From: a bacterium
Lineage (GTDB): Bacteria > Patescibacteriota > Minisyncoccia > UBA6257 > 02-FULL-45-10c
Direction of reading: 5' to 3'
DNA: 64,000 nucleotides
Assembly: GCA_021786945.1 (NCBI GenBank)
Contig: JAJYMK010000003.1
Span: 457,471-521,470 of the forward strand
This document shows positions 19,159-29,635 of the stretch, piece after piece. Numbering within the stretch: position 1 is the first letter of the stretch; every line of letters begins with the position of its first letter. A model generated the notes under the pieces. The model was not told the origin of the DNA, searched no databases, and saw nothing but the letters and a program-made list of their open reading frames with translations. A program made the position numbers and the translations under genes.

Positions 19159-21315
19159 ATGGCAAAAAATAAGAAAAACAAAGAGCGACAAAGCAAGGAA
19201 AATTCCGGCGGAATTTTTAAAAAATTCAATTCCTGGAGATCCCAAGTAAATCCGGAAACTGAAAAAAGCATTTTAGCGGTATTTTTTATTTGTCTGGCAA
19301 TAATTTTAATATTGGCTAGCTTCAATAACGCCGGACCGGCGGGAGATTATGTTTTTGGCGAACTTACCTTCCTTTTCGGATTAGGTTACTACCTATTCCC
19401 CCTTATTCTTTTGATTATGGCTTCTGATTTTCTTACCGGAAAAGACGAAAAGTACAGAGATCTTTCATTAAGACTATTTGGTGCATTATTTTTTGTACTT
19501 GGCGGACTCGGACTTATCGATGTGCTTTATTCCGGTAAAGGCGGACTCATCGGAGAATGGGTCGGAGGGCTTCAAACTCCGTTTGGCTATACAGCTTCTA
19601 TAATTATTACATCCACGATAATCATTTCTTCCCTTCTTCTCACTTTGAATGTACCCCTTAAACTTAAATTGCAAAAAGAAGAAGAGCTTGAAGCAGAAGA
19701 AAAGGAAGAGGAAATTAAAATAACCACGCCAAAAGAAGCTCCCGAAAAAGGAACCGAAGAAAAACCGGCCAAAAAAGCCGATAAGAAAGAAGAAAAAGAA
19801 GAGGAACAAGAAGTGAAACTCGCTTCGGATAAAGCATTTTTCATGCCCAAAAAAGCGACAATAGGAAAAATCAAAAATTATGTTGCTCCTCCTATAAACT
19901 TACTGAAAGCCAGCATCGAAAAACCGACTTCCGGCGATTTACGGGCAAATGCCAATATAATAAAAAGGACTTTGGAAAGTTTCGGTATTCCAGTAGAAAT
20001 GGGAGAAATAAGTATTGGCCCGAAAGTTACACGATACACACTAAAACCAGCTGAGGGCATCAAGCTTGCCAGAATCACAGCCCTCAACCAGGATCTTTCT
20101 TTGGCTTTGGCCGCTCACCCAATAAGAATCGAAGCTCCAATTCCCGGAAAATCATTGGTCGGCATAGAAGTTCCGAACAAAGCCGCCGCAGTAGTAAGAC
20201 TTGGCAGCTTGATGAACTATCCGGAATTCGTAAGCTCCGGATCTTTAGGATTTATCTTGGGCCGCGACGTAACAGGAGATCCGATTATGGCCGACCTTTC
20301 CAAAATGCCACACATTCTTATTGCTGGATCAACTGGTTCGGGCAAATCAGTCGCTATTCACACGCTTTTAATTTCACTTTTGTATAAAAATTCTCCGGAA
20401 ACTTTAAAACTCATTCTTATCGATCCAAAAAGAGTTGAGCTCACGATTTACAACGACATCCCGCATCTTATTTCACCGGTTATTACCGAAGGTAAAAAAG
20501 CCCTAGGCGTTTTCCGCTGGGCCATCAGCGAAATGGAAAGACGATACGAAACATTCCAAGGCGCAGGCTCTAGAGATATTAAGAGCTACAACAAAAATCA
20601 TGCCAGCGAACCACTTCCTTATATTGTAATAGTTGTGGACGAATTAGCCGATCTTATGGCTGCATACGGTAAAGACATCGAAAGTTCTATAGTAAGGCTC
20701 GCCCAGATGGCGCGTGCCACAGGTATCCACCTCGTTCTTTCCACACAAAGACCTTCGGTTGAAGTAATCACCGGTCTAATTAAAGCCAACATTCCGGCCA
20801 GAGTCGCATTGAAAGTGGCCAGCCAAGTGGACTCTAGGACAATTTTGGATATGGCCGGAGCCGAAAAACTTCTCGGTGGCGGTGATATGTTGTTTATGTC
20901 TGCTGAAGTAACAAAGCCAAAAAGAATTCAGGGTGCTTATGTCAGCGAAGAAGAACTAAATGCCGTTGCCGGATTCATCAGGGAAAATAATGAAAGCGAC
21001 TCTATTCCCGATGCCGAAAATAAATTTGATCCCGACAGAGCCGACAGAAAAGATATAAGCGATATAAATTTTGACGACTATGGCGGTGGCGATTCCGAAG
21101 ACGATCTGTTTGAAGACGCCGTAAAAGTTGTACGTGAAGCCAAAAAGGCATCCGCCTCACTTCTCCAAAGAAGATTATCGGTAGGTTATGCCAGAGCAGC
21201 TAGATTGATAGATATAATGGAACAAAAAGGAATTGTAGGTCCTGGCGAAGGGGCAAAACCAAGAGAGGTTTATCTAGACGAAAATCCCGTGGACAACAAC
21301 CAGGATAATGTGTAG
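19159..21315 (+). CDS. ftsK: DNA translocase FtsK/SpoIIIE
   Basis: N-terminal TMs, IRIEAPIPGK, GSTGSGKS, DELADLM, gamma domain SASLLQRRL...GYARAARL. Confidence 0.96.
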   Translation: MAKNKKNKERQSKENSGGIFKKFNSWRSQVNPETEKSILAVFFICLAIILILASFNNAGPAGDYVFGELTFLFGLGYYLFPLILLIMASDFLTGKDEKYRDLSLRLFGALFFVLGGLGLIDVLYSGKGGLIGEWVGGLQTPFGYTASIIITSTIIISSLLLTLNVPLKLKLQKEEELEAEEKEEEIKITTPKEAPEKGTEEKPAKKADKKEEKEEEQEVKLASDKAFFMPKKATIGKIKNYVAPPINLLKASIEKPTSGDLRANANIIKRTLESFGIPVEMGEISIGPKVTRYTLKPAEGIKLARITALNQDLSLALAAHPIRIEAPIPGKSLVGIEVPNKAAAVVRLGSLMNYPEFVSSGSLGFILGRDVTGDPIMADLSKMPHILIAGSTGSGKSVAIHTLLISLLYKNSPETLKLILIDPKRVELTIYNDIPHLISPVITEGKKALGVFRWAISEMERRYETFQGAGSRDIKSYNKNHASEPLPYIVIVVDELADLMAAYGKDIESSIVRLAQMARATGIHLVLSTQRPSVEVITGLIKANIPARVALKVASQVDSRTILDMAGAEKLLGGGDMLFMSAEVTKPKRIQGAYVSEEELNAVAGFIRENNESDSIPDAENKFDPDRADRKDISDINFDDYGGGDSEDDLFEDAVKVVREAKKASASLLQRRLSVGYARAARLIDIMEQKGIVGPGEGAKPREVYLDENPVDNNQDNV

Positions 21316-21348
21316 ATTAAAGAAGTAAGATAAAATACCTTTTTAGAA

Positions 21349-21999
21349 ATGGAACAGGAAAAAACACTACAAATTATATTTGAGGAGGCGCTAGAACAAA
21401 AAAATATCAGCATGGAAAAATTAGCGGCAATAACCGAAATTCCAAAACGCTATCTGACCGCAATCCAAAATACAGAACTGAATAAATTACCATCTGCACC
21501 CTACGTACGCGGATATTTAAAAAAAATCTGCGAGGTTTTAGGACTTAACTTTCAAGAAATCTGGGAAATATACAAAAAAGAACTAAGTCATAAGACGTCG
21601 GGCGCTTTCGATAAATTACCGATAAACCGATTTGCCATACACAGAATAAACAAAAAAAGTGTTGCCGCGGCCGTGGTTGGCGGAGTCCTGCTACTCTTCT
21701 TTCTTCTTAATTTCAATAATTTCTTGGGAAAGCCATATTTGAATATCGAGAACCCTAAAGAAAATCTTATTTCTACATTTGATCCGGTTATTAATTTTTC
21801 CGGACAAATAAATCCAAAAGACAAATTAACTATAAACGGAAAAGAAATAGTAACGGACACTGCCGGAAACTTTGAAACAATATACGAATTGCAACCTGGA
21901 TTGAATACTGTAGAATTCAAAGTCAAAAAAATACTAGGCAAAGAAAATTCTCAGATAAAACAAATAATGCTGGAAATGGCTACAACAACCCAATATTAA
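21349..21999 (+). CDS. RodZ-like HTH membrane protein with C-terminal Ig-like domain
   Basis: LPSAPYVRGYLKK motif, single TM, LQPGLN; follows ftsK. Confidence 0.8.
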   Translation: MEQEKTLQIIFEEALEQKNISMEKLAAITEIPKRYLTAIQNTELNKLPSAPYVRGYLKKICEVLGLNFQEIWEIYKKELSHKTSGAFDKLPINRFAIHRINKKSVAAAVVGGVLLLFFLLNFNNFLGKPYLNIENPKENLISTFDPVINFSGQINPKDKLTINGKEIVTDTAGNFETIYELQPGLNTVEFKVKKILGKENSQIKQIMLEMATTTQY

Positions 22000-22062
22000 A
22001 ATAAAAACCTCCGCAAAACGGAGGTTTTTTGTTATAATAAATATACTTAACCAATATTATTT

Positions 22063-23070
22063 ATGACAAAAAATAAAGAAGAAAAAAAAGTTGAGGGCGG
22101 AGAAAAAGATATAGAAAATCTTTTAGAAGCACTTCAAAGCAAGTTCGGAGAAGGCTCAATAATGAAACTGGGCGACGTCAAAAAAACAAATGTTGACGTA
22201 GTTCCGACCGGTTCTTTTTCTTTGGATTTGGCTCTCGGCGTAGGCGGGCTTCCCAAAGGAAGAATTGTCGAAATATTCGGACCGGAAAGTAGCGGTAAGA
22301 CAACCCTTGCATTAAACGTAATCGCTCAAGCTCAGAAAAAAAATGGAAAGGTTGCTTTTATAGATGCCGAGCACGCTATGGATCCGGAATACGCTTCCAA
22401 ATTAGGCGTAAAAGTAAAAGATCTTCTTATTTCCCAACCAGATAGCGGAGAAGAAGCTTTAAATATTTTGGAAAGCTTGGTCCGTTCCAATATTATAGAC
22501 GTAATAGTTGTAGACTCTGTTGCAGCCTTAACACCACAAAAAGAAATTGAGGGTGAAATGGGTGCACAATTTATGGGCCTTCAAGCCAGAATGATGTCTC
22601 AAGCTCTCAGAAAACTCACCGCTATTGCCGCCAAATCCAAGACAATGATAATTTTCATAAATCAGCTCAGAGAAAAAATCGGAATTATGTTCGGTAATCC
22701 GGAAACAACTCCCGGAGGCCGCGCACTAAAATTCTATTCTTCGGTAAGAATCGATATCAGAAAAATTGCACAAGTTAAAAAAGGAGAAAATATAGTAGGA
22801 AATCGCGTGAAAGCTAAAGTTGTCAAAAACAAAGTCGCACCTCCGTTTAGAGAAGCCGAATTCGATATTATGTTCGGAGAAGGCATTTCTTATGAATCCG
22901 ATGTTCTTAATGCCGCCATTAAACACGGTGCCGTAGTAAAATCCGGAGCTACCTATTCAATGGAAGGCCAAAAACTCGGAGTAGGTTTCGACAAGGTAGT
23001 TGAAATGATGAAAGAGGACAAAAAACTTCTCGGTGAAATAAAAAAGAAAACAGCGGATATAATCAAATAA
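22063..23070 (+). CDS. recA: recombinase RecA
   Basis: [37 protein letters not shown]. Confidence 0.99.
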   Translation: MTKNKEEKKVEGGEKDIENLLEALQSKFGEGSIMKLGDVKKTNVDVVPTGSFSLDLALGVGGLPKGRIVEIFGPESSGKTTLALNVIAQAQKKNGKVAFIDAEHAMDPEYASKLGVKVKDLLISQPDSGEEALNILESLVRSNIIDVIVVDSVAALTPQKEIEGEMGAQFMGLQARMMSQALRKLTAIAAKSKTMIIFINQLREKIGIMFGNPETTPGGRALKFYSSVRIDIRKIAQVKKGENIVGNRVKAKVVKNKVAPPFREAEFDIMFGEGISYESDVLNAAIKHGAVVKSGATYSMEGQKLGVGFDKVVEMMKEDKKLLGEIKKKTADIIK

Positions 23071-23101
23071 CAAAAAATCCCGCTTCTAGGCGGGATTTTT
23101 A

Positions 23102-24076
23102 TTACACCAATAATTTTATAACCCTGGCTATTTTTTCGGGATCGTGACGGACCAATCCTGCTTTTAATTTTCCCGACCTGAACAGATCGGCTTTTATAAC
23201 AGAAACAGATTTATCCAATTTTTCTAAACCGGCATCCGGTTCAACAAAATAAGATTTTTCTTTTACATAAATAGATAAATTCTTCAGCGACGGCCGGTGA
23301 TTGTTGACCACGGCAAAATCCAAAACACCCTTTCCGAGATAGGAAATAACAGTCCCTACAAAATCCGAGGCGGAAAAATTATTTGTTTCTCCGAACTTCG
23401 TCATTACATTACTCAAATAAATCACTTTTGCTTTAGTTTTTCTAAGAGCATCCACCATGCCGCCAACCAAAAGATTAGGGATAATACTGGTATACAAATC
23501 CCCGGGACCAATAATCACGGCATCCGCTCCCAAAATTGCCTTGCGGGCATTGGGATTTATTTTAACTGCCGGATACAAAGAAGCTTTTTTAATCTTAAGG
23601 TTACCGTCATGCTTCGGAATATCGATGTTCGTCTCTCCTCTGATTATTTCCCCGTTTTCCAACTCGGCAATAAGCCTGGCATTACCCAAAGTAACCGGAA
23701 CAACATGGCCTTTAATGGATAAAATATTTCCGGCTTCATTAACCGCGGCTTCAAAATTTCCGGTAATTCTTTCCAGCGCCGCAATCAATAAATTTCCGAA
23801 ATTGTGTCCGGCCAAACCATAACCATTCTCAAATCTATAAGCAAAAAGCTGGGCTAGCATCTTATCGTCGGAAGCGGAAAGCGCAATAAGAGCCCTGCGA
23901 ATATCGCCAGGTGGAAGAATCCCAAACTCTTCGCGCAAAATTCCCGTTGAACCGCCGTCGTCCGCCATAGTCACAATCGCAGTCAAATCATTAAAATAAT
24001 GTTTTAAGCCCGTTAAAACAGTAAATACTCCCGTACCACCCCCAATCACTACTATTTTTTTATTGGATTTTTCCAT
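23102..24076 (-). CDS. YvcK/GlmR (UPF0052) family protein
   Basis: IGGGTG, DDGGSTG, PPGDIR, GHNFGNL, GPGDLYTSIIPNL, RHD. Confidence 0.92.
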   Translation of the reverse strand: MEKSNKKIVVIGGGTGVFTVLTGLKHYFNDLTAIVTMADDGGSTGILREEFGILPPGDIRRALIALSASDDKMLAQLFAYRFENGYGLAGHNFGNLLIAALERITGNFEAAVNEAGNILSIKGHVVPVTLGNARLIAELENGEIIRGETNIDIPKHDGNLKIKKASLYPAVKINPNARKAILGADAVIIGPGDLYTSIIPNLLVGGMVDALRKTKAKVIYLSNVMTKFGETNNFSASDFVGTVISYLGKGVLDFAVVNNHRPSLKNLSIYVKEKSYFVEPDAGLEKLDKSVSVIKADLFRSGKLKAGLVRHDPEKIARVIKLLV

Positions 24077-24115
24077 TTTTGATTTATTTATAAAACTAGC
24101 CAGAACAACAAAAAG

Positions 24116-25192
24116 TTATGGCCTAAAAATCCGACTAAAAATGAGCTCCTTTCCAGCTTTAAAATACTTTTTCATAAGTTCGGGATTATTCACTATCTCT
24201 CTGCCTCTTTCTAAATAAATTTTTGCCAAAGATTCGCCCATTGGCACACCCAATAACTCCATAAAACCAACACCTTTAATTTTTTTACCCCCAAACTCAG
24301 CTTCTAATTTTAATCCGCCCTCCCAATAATTAATATTTCCAAAAACAATTTCCTGATTAAAATTTTTTGGTTTTGTTTTTATTTTCAAATCAAGTTCTGG
24401 AATATTTATAATCCATTCTACTTCGTATTCGGCTTTTGTTTCGGGGCTTTTCCAAATATTGTTAAGGGGCTTAAAAGAAATATTTCTTGTGGCCATCTGT
24501 TTGCCGTCGGGCATGCAAATTGTAGCAGATCTTATTTTTTGTTTATCTCCGTATTCAAAACACAAAAGATCTAATCCATTCTCAAATTGCATAGAAAACC
24601 AAGTCCATTTATCTTCGGGGTGATATCCACCATTAGACCACTGTCTATCCATCCAGACCTTACCGGAAACAGATTCAAAACCATTTTCTGTCCTAATCTT
24701 TCCCCGCGCTTCCAAATCAGAAAATGAAAAATAATACGTATCCTTAACACCCAAATCTATCCAGCCCTTTCCATCCACCAATAACGGCTTCTTTTTTAAA
24801 ACAAGATTCAAATCCAAGTCCTGATTTTTAAAATGATATTCATTGTCCCTTATGTTTTCAAAAAGAAATTCCTCCCCCGCCTTAATAAATAGCCTTTTTC
24901 CGCAAAAACTTTTTTTATCCAATTCAGGATACAAAGATATTGAAGGTTTAAAAACTTTATCATCGACGTCGGTCAAAAGACTGTGGGCAAAATAAAAATC
25001 GGGAATAGGTAATTTGTCCAAAAATGGCAAATCAACTTTTTTAGGATCCGTCTTAAAAAGACAGTGCATAAAAATAAATTCCTTGTCAGATTCGGTTTTT
25101 AAATGCCCATTAAAATACCACCATTCTATTACGGCGTTATGACTGGATTCGTCTTTTGGAAGGACCAGCGGCTTAAAACCTATTTTAGCCAT
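24116..25192 (-). CDS. AttH/CrtC-like lipocalin-domain protein
   Basis: EWWYFNG, YYFS, WMDRQW, WTWF, YWEG, GVGFMEL. Confidence 0.85.
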   Translation of the reverse strand: MAKIGFKPLVLPKDESSHNAVIEWWYFNGHLKTESDKEFIFMHCLFKTDPKKVDLPFLDKLPIPDFYFAHSLLTDVDDKVFKPSISLYPELDKKSFCGKRLFIKAGEEFLFENIRDNEYHFKNQDLDLNLVLKKKPLLVDGKGWIDLGVKDTYYFSFSDLEARGKIRTENGFESVSGKVWMDRQWSNGGYHPEDKWTWFSMQFENGLDLLCFEYGDKQKIRSATICMPDGKQMATRNISFKPLNNIWKSPETKAEYEVEWIINIPELDLKIKTKPKNFNQEIVFGNINYWEGGLKLEAEFGGKKIKGVGFMELLGVPMGESLAKIYLERGREIVNNPELMKKYFKAGKELIFSRIFRP

Positions 25193-25197
25193 TTATT

Positions 25198-25437
25198 TTA
25201 TTTGGTAATAGCGTCGAAATCTTCCGGAACCTTATCGGCTTTAGGAACAAATATCCACATTAAAATATAAAAAAGCGGCATAAAATGAATTCCTCCTAAA
25301 ATTAAAATTGCCAAAACTAATCTTACTATCCACAAAGGCCAACCAAAAAAATAGGCTATTCCTGCAGCCACACCCCCTACTATTCCTTTATCTGGAAATC
25401 TTTTTAGGTTTTTAATATTTTCTAATTTTTCTCTCAT
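25198..25437 (-). CDS. PspC domain protein
   Basis: GIVGGVAAGIA...VRL...YILMWIFVP. Confidence 0.85.
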   Translation of the reverse strand: MREKLENIKNLKRFPDKGIVGGVAAGIAYFFGWPLWIVRLVLAILILGGIHFMPLFYILMWIFVPKADKVPEDFDAITK

Positions 25438-25476
25438 ATTTTTATTTTTATTAATTTAATATAACGGGTAATTTAA

Positions 25477-25977
25477 TTATATTTTAAAAACGGCCACAAT
25501 CAAATAGACAATCATGGTAAGACTAAGAACTATTTTTAAAGCGCCGTTAACCACAAATCCAAGAAAAGCACCTCTTAAAACGTAACTAATTTCTTTAGAT
25601 TCTCTTCCTTTATATATTTCACCAAAAACTAAACCCAAAAATGGTCCAATAATCATTCCTATGGGGCCGCCAATTATCAAACCAATAAAAGAACCCAGAA
25701 CGAAGCCGATCATGCCTTCTTTTGACGCCTTATAATTACCGGCTCCAAGAAGCGGCATTAAAAAATCGAGAATGCAAGCCAATGTGGTAAAAAATAAAAA
25801 AATCAAAATAATTTTCCAGGAAATAAAAATAAAATTAGTTGCTATGCCAAAAATTAAAATACCCAGCCAAGAAATAAAAATACCTGGAGGAAAGGGCAAT
25901 ATCGGAAAAACAACCCCTAAAAAACCTATAACCGCCAATACAAAAGACAGTATTATTAAAATTATTTCTAAAATCAT
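25477..25977 (-). CDS. DUF456 family membrane protein
   Basis: GVVFPILP..PG, GASKxG-like, GPFLGLVFGE. Confidence 0.8.
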   Translation of the reverse strand: MILEIILIILSFVLAVIGFLGVVFPILPFPPGIFISWLGILIFGIATNFIFISWKIILIFLFFTTLACILDFLMPLLGAGNYKASKEGMIGFVLGSFIGLIIGGPIGMIIGPFLGLVFGEIYKGRESKEISYVLRGAFLGFVVNGALKIVLSLTMIVYLIVAVFKI

Positions 25978-26006
25978 ATCTTTAATATATAATAAAAGGA
26001 CTCTTT

Positions 26007-26408
26007 ATGAAATTTCAAATAAAAAAAATAAATACTTCCAGAAAAAATCTACTGAGAGTGTGCGGCTATAAAGAAATTCAAAATCCATACAAAGAAAATG
26101 AAATTAGTTATGCGAGATCCTTGGAAGCCAGCAGATTTTATCCTCGCTTTCATATATACATAGAAGAAATTGCCGATTCAGAAGGTATTCAGCTAAACCT
26201 TCACTTGGATATGAAAAAACCAATTTATAAAGGAACTACTGCTCACAGCGGAGAATACGAAGGAGAGCTGGTTGAACGCGAAGCACAAAGAATAAAAAAT
26301 ATAGCCGATAAATTTATTTCGGAAAGTACCCCCCAATACCAAAGCCTCGGATTCAAAAAAGAAAAATCCGGATTTTGGAAAAAAATACTGGATTTTCTAC
26401 AGCCATAA
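26007..26408 (+). CDS. conserved hypothetical protein
   Basis: ORF with YPRFHIY, NLHLD, HSGEYEG motifs. Confidence 0.7.
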   Translation: MKFQIKKINTSRKNLLRVCGYKEIQNPYKENEISYARSLEASRFYPRFHIYIEEIADSEGIQLNLHLDMKKPIYKGTTAHSGEYEGELVEREAQRIKNIADKFISESTPQYQSLGFKKEKSGFWKKILDFLQP

Positions 26409-26414
26409 TTTCCC

Positions 26415-26443
26415 TTGACATTTTTTTAAAAAAACAGTATATT
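26415..26443 (+). promoter_or_regulatory. sigma70 promoter
   Basis: TTGACA-17 bp-TATATT. Confidence 0.75.
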
Positions 26444-26449
26444 ATTTAA

Positions 26450-26794
26450 CAGTACATTGCTAAGGGAATGTTTAATGTTGTAAACCTCCTCGGTTAGAGG
26501 TTCTCGGCCTGTACCGGCCTTCTATGCGAAGCGCCGCAGATCGCAGCAACCCTCCTTTCCTTCCCTAAAAGTTGGAAGAGGAGGCCACCTGTCATCAACC
26601 AAACTACCTATCCGGTTGGCCCGGAAAGGGTCTAAACAGCCAGGGCTCACTCTTAAAATAGTAATAAGATTGGGGTTGGCGGCCCCTCCGAAGCTCCCGC
26701 TAGAGAGTTTTGGACACGAGCCCGCAAAAAACAAAAAAACAAAGCGAAAGAATCAGGGCCCCGCACTTACACGTGCGGGGCCCATTATTTTTTT
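26450..26794 (+). ncRNA. candidate large structured ncRNA, unassigned
   Basis: GC-rich interval without a credible ORF, between a consensus promoter and an 11-bp terminator stem; at least 8 visible helices. Confidence 0.55.
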
Positions 26795-26875
26795 AATAGG
26801 CGTTGACTAATTTACCAATAAATCCTAGGTTAAGATTAGGAACTTAAAAAATAACCTATTCTAAAAGGAGGAATT

Positions 26876-27613
26876 ATGGCGCCGGAATGTGCTGTGGTGT
26901 TTGATTTCGATGGCACCCTCACGCCTAAATTCCACGTATCTCTTTTTAACGTCGTGGAAAAGGGTGTGCTCTCGGAAAAATATCTGCAAGAAACCGCAAT
27001 CCTGCGGAATAAGTACCTGCCAAAAGCAATGAGCGGCACTATTACACACAAAGAAGAAGCTGCCTGGCTCAGTGAAAATATAAATATTTTTATTAAAGCC
27101 GGCACAACCATAGACCAAGTAAAATATGCGCTAAAAGATGTGAGGCTAAGAATCAATGTCGTTGATTGCATGGCCCTGCTGAAATATAAACGCATACCAA
27201 TGGCTGTTATTTCTTACGGAGTCTATCAATTTATAGAAATCGTACTAAAAAACAACCATGCCTTGCCGCTTATAAATTCTATCTATGCCACAAAGCTTGA
27301 GGTAGACAAAGAAACCGGTAAAATTATCGGCTTCAATCCCGCAACAGTTCTTTTGCCAACACAAAAAGGCACTGCTTCGTTGCACTTCGCGAAATCCGTA
27401 AGAGTTGCGGAAAATAAAATACTTGCCGTTGGAGATTCACTGGTAGATTCCCTACTCGGCAGTCTCAAGGAAAACCGCTTCGGAATAGCCGAAGACGAAA
27501 CTCAATTAAAAAGAATACAAAATGTTATGGGCGAATGCGCAATTACCCAGGACTTTTCTCCGGTAATTAACTGGCTCATAAGAAAAATAGAAAATAAACA
27601 AGCCCCGCTTTAA
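26876..27613 (+). CDS. HAD-superfamily hydrolase
   Basis: FDFDGTLT, VISYG, K, VGDSLVD; AGGAGG SD. Confidence 0.85.
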   Translation: MAPECAVVFDFDGTLTPKFHVSLFNVVEKGVLSEKYLQETAILRNKYLPKAMSGTITHKEEAAWLSENINIFIKAGTTIDQVKYALKDVRLRINVVDCMALLKYKRIPMAVISYGVYQFIEIVLKNNHALPLINSIYATKLEVDKETGKIIGFNPATVLLPTQKGTASLHFAKSVRVAENKILAVGDSLVDSLLGSLKENRFGIAEDETQLKRIQNVMGECAITQDFSPVINWLIRKIENKQAPL

Positions 27614-27641
27614 AGCGGGGCTTTTCTTATTATTTATTTTT

Positions 27642-28547
27642 TTATCCCCTAGTCAAATAAACCTTGATAAAACTGCTCTTTAGATCTGCCGCTTCCTTTG
27701 AAAGTGAAGCGCTGTCGCCATTTTTTGCCGAAATTAAAATAACTTCCAAATTTTTCCTTATATTTTGAATATCAGAGTCATTAATTACACCCTCAACCAA
27801 TTTAAGGGCCGAGTCCGCTTCCGGGTAAACAGCGATTATTCCATCGGAATCTTTATTGTCGGCGGCTGTAATAATTTTTTCCATAATATCGTGAAAATCA
27901 ACAAGGTAAACAGAAAGCATGGAAAAATTATTTCTTTTTAAAATATCCTGAAAAATCGGCCGGATAGCTTCCAGACCAGTATGGGCAACTGTCAAATCCC
28001 CGGTATAAATCACGTCTTTAAGATCGGATGATATTTTGCCAACTCGTAAAACATCTGCATTAAATTGACCGTCACCCGAAATTACAAATGGATGATAATT
28101 TAAATACTTACCGGAAAAATTTCTGTATTCAACTATAAATTTATCATAATTTTCTATAGCCTCCGGTCTTTTGGCTTGTCCGGTCTGAAAAAGTGCTTGT
28201 TTATAATATTGATTCATTGCCGCATAATTTTCCAAAAATATTTTCTTGGTAAAAAAATCACTATAATAAATTCCGATAAAAGGAATAATTAAAATAAGCA
28301 CGATAAATATAATTTTAACTTTTCGGGAAATTACTTTTTCGGAATTCTTATTTGTCGAAAAATTTAAAATTTTATATAGACCACAGAATCCGGTTATGCC
28401 GGTAACCAAAGCCACCAAAGAAAGGACGTAAAAAATAATTTGTAAAACCCCTCCAAACCAAAATAAACCGGCAATTAAAAACAACTCAGCTAAAATAATT
28501 CTTATAAATCTATCAATATCATTCTCATTTTTAACTATTTTAAACAT
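27642..28547 (-). CDS. DUF2892-domain membrane protein with helical C-terminal region
   Basis: KNExxxDRxIR...TGITGFCGLY. Confidence 0.7.
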   Translation of the reverse strand: MFKIVKNENDIDRFIRIILAELFLIAGLFWFGGVLQIIFYVLSLVALVTGITGFCGLYKILNFSTNKNSEKVISRKVKIIFIVLILIIPFIGIYYSDFFTKKIFLENYAAMNQYYKQALFQTGQAKRPEAIENYDKFIVEYRNFSGKYLNYHPFVISGDGQFNADVLRVGKISSDLKDVIYTGDLTVAHTGLEAIRPIFQDILKRNNFSMLSVYLVDFHDIMEKIITAADNKDSDGIIAVYPEADSALKLVEGVINDSDIQNIRKNLEVILISAKNGDSASLSKEAADLKSSFIKVYLTRG

Positions 28548-28555
28548 ATTTTTTA

Positions 28556-28792
28556 TTAATTAATAAGATGTTCGAAAACATCCGGGCGAAACCCAATTAT
28601 AATATTATCATCTATATCTATTACCGGCACACCCATTTGCCCGCTCTTCGCAATCATTTCTTTAACAGCATTCTCGTTTCCGGCAACATTTATATCTTCA
28701 AATTCCAAACCTTTATCTTTAAAATAATTTTTTGCCATAATGCAATAAGGGCAGGTAGGTGTGGAATAAATCCTAATTTTATGATTTTCCAT
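28556..28792 (-). CDS. glutaredoxin-like protein (YruB/NrdH family)
   Basis: YSTPTCPYC, SGQMGVPVI, IGF. Confidence 0.9.
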   Translation of the reverse strand: MENHKIRIYSTPTCPYCIMAKNYFKDKGLEFEDINVAGNENAVKEMIAKSGQMGVPVIDIDDNIIIGFRPDVFEHLIN

Positions 28793-28888
28793 ACTATTAT
28801 TATAAAATATTTTTTTAATTAATATAACAAAAACTTCAGCTATATAAAAACGATATTACTATAAAATATAATATGTTAAAATTAATAA

Positions 28889-29266
28889 ATGGAACAAAAA
28901 AATCACTCTCATGGTGAAAAATGTAATATATACGGAGTAGATATGTGCTCCAATCATATAACACCCAAACAAGTACGGGACGCCATAATTAATTGCTTTA
29001 TTAATGCCCACGGAGGGGTGATAAAGGAATTTAAAAGCTATGAAAATCTTTCAAAAGAAGAATTGGAAAAATCCGAAAGAAATGAAATTCAAACTTTGGT
29101 AAAAAATTTTTTTGGAGAAGTTGGTGGAGATTTTGAAAATCCAACAAAAGAAAATCTAATTAGAGTAATGGATAGATTGGCGGATTTTTCAAAAAAATTC
29201 AGGGAAGAAGAAGTTATAAATAAGCATTACCAGGAAATAAAATTATTGATAGACAAATTGCAATAA
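28889..29266 (+). CDS. hypothetical protein
   Basis: 125-aa ORF followed by a terminator hairpin at ~29266-29294. Confidence 0.65.
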   Translation: MEQKNHSHGEKCNIYGVDMCSNHITPKQVRDAIINCFINAHGGVIKEFKSYENLSKEELEKSERNEIQTLVKNFFGEVGGDFENPTKENLIRVMDRLADFSKKFREEEVINKHYQEIKLLIDKLQ

Positions 29267-29303
29267 AAAATGGCGGCCATAGCGGCCGCCATTTTAATTT
29301 TGA

Positions 29304-29561
29304 TTACTTTATGTTTATATCCAGCTTATATCCGAGACCTGCCGATATCTTTATGAGGGTCTTGAGGGTGATATTTCCCCTTCTGAAGTCATTTTCGATC
29401 TGACAAACCCTGGCCTGAGCCATTCCGGCTTTTTCGGCCAGCTCCGCCTGACTCATACCCGACTTCTCCCTTAGAAGCTTAACGATCCTGCCCAGAGTTG
29501 TGGGGTTCCCCGCGCCATCTCTGCACCTTCCACCTTCAAAAACTATCGAGTGTTTTTTCAT
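29304..29561 (-). CDS. XRE-family helix-turn-helix protein
   Basis: LREKSGMSQAELAEKAG...QIEN...TLKTL; AGGAGG SD. Confidence 0.88.
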   Translation of the reverse strand: MKKHSIVFEGGRCRDGAGNPTTLGRIVKLLREKSGMSQAELAEKAGMAQARVCQIENDFRRGNITLKTLIKISAGLGYKLDINIK

Positions 29562-29635
29562 TACTCCTCCTTCTATTTTTAGAATAAAAACAACTGAGAA
29601 AAATAATAATTCATAAAATAACTAAAGTCAAAAAA

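Noticed and set aside
26450-26794. RNase P RNA, tmRNA, or the listed ORFs 26522-26734 and 26616-26810
   Set aside because: Signature motifs are not visible, and the ORFs lack an SD and run through the hairpins or the terminator.
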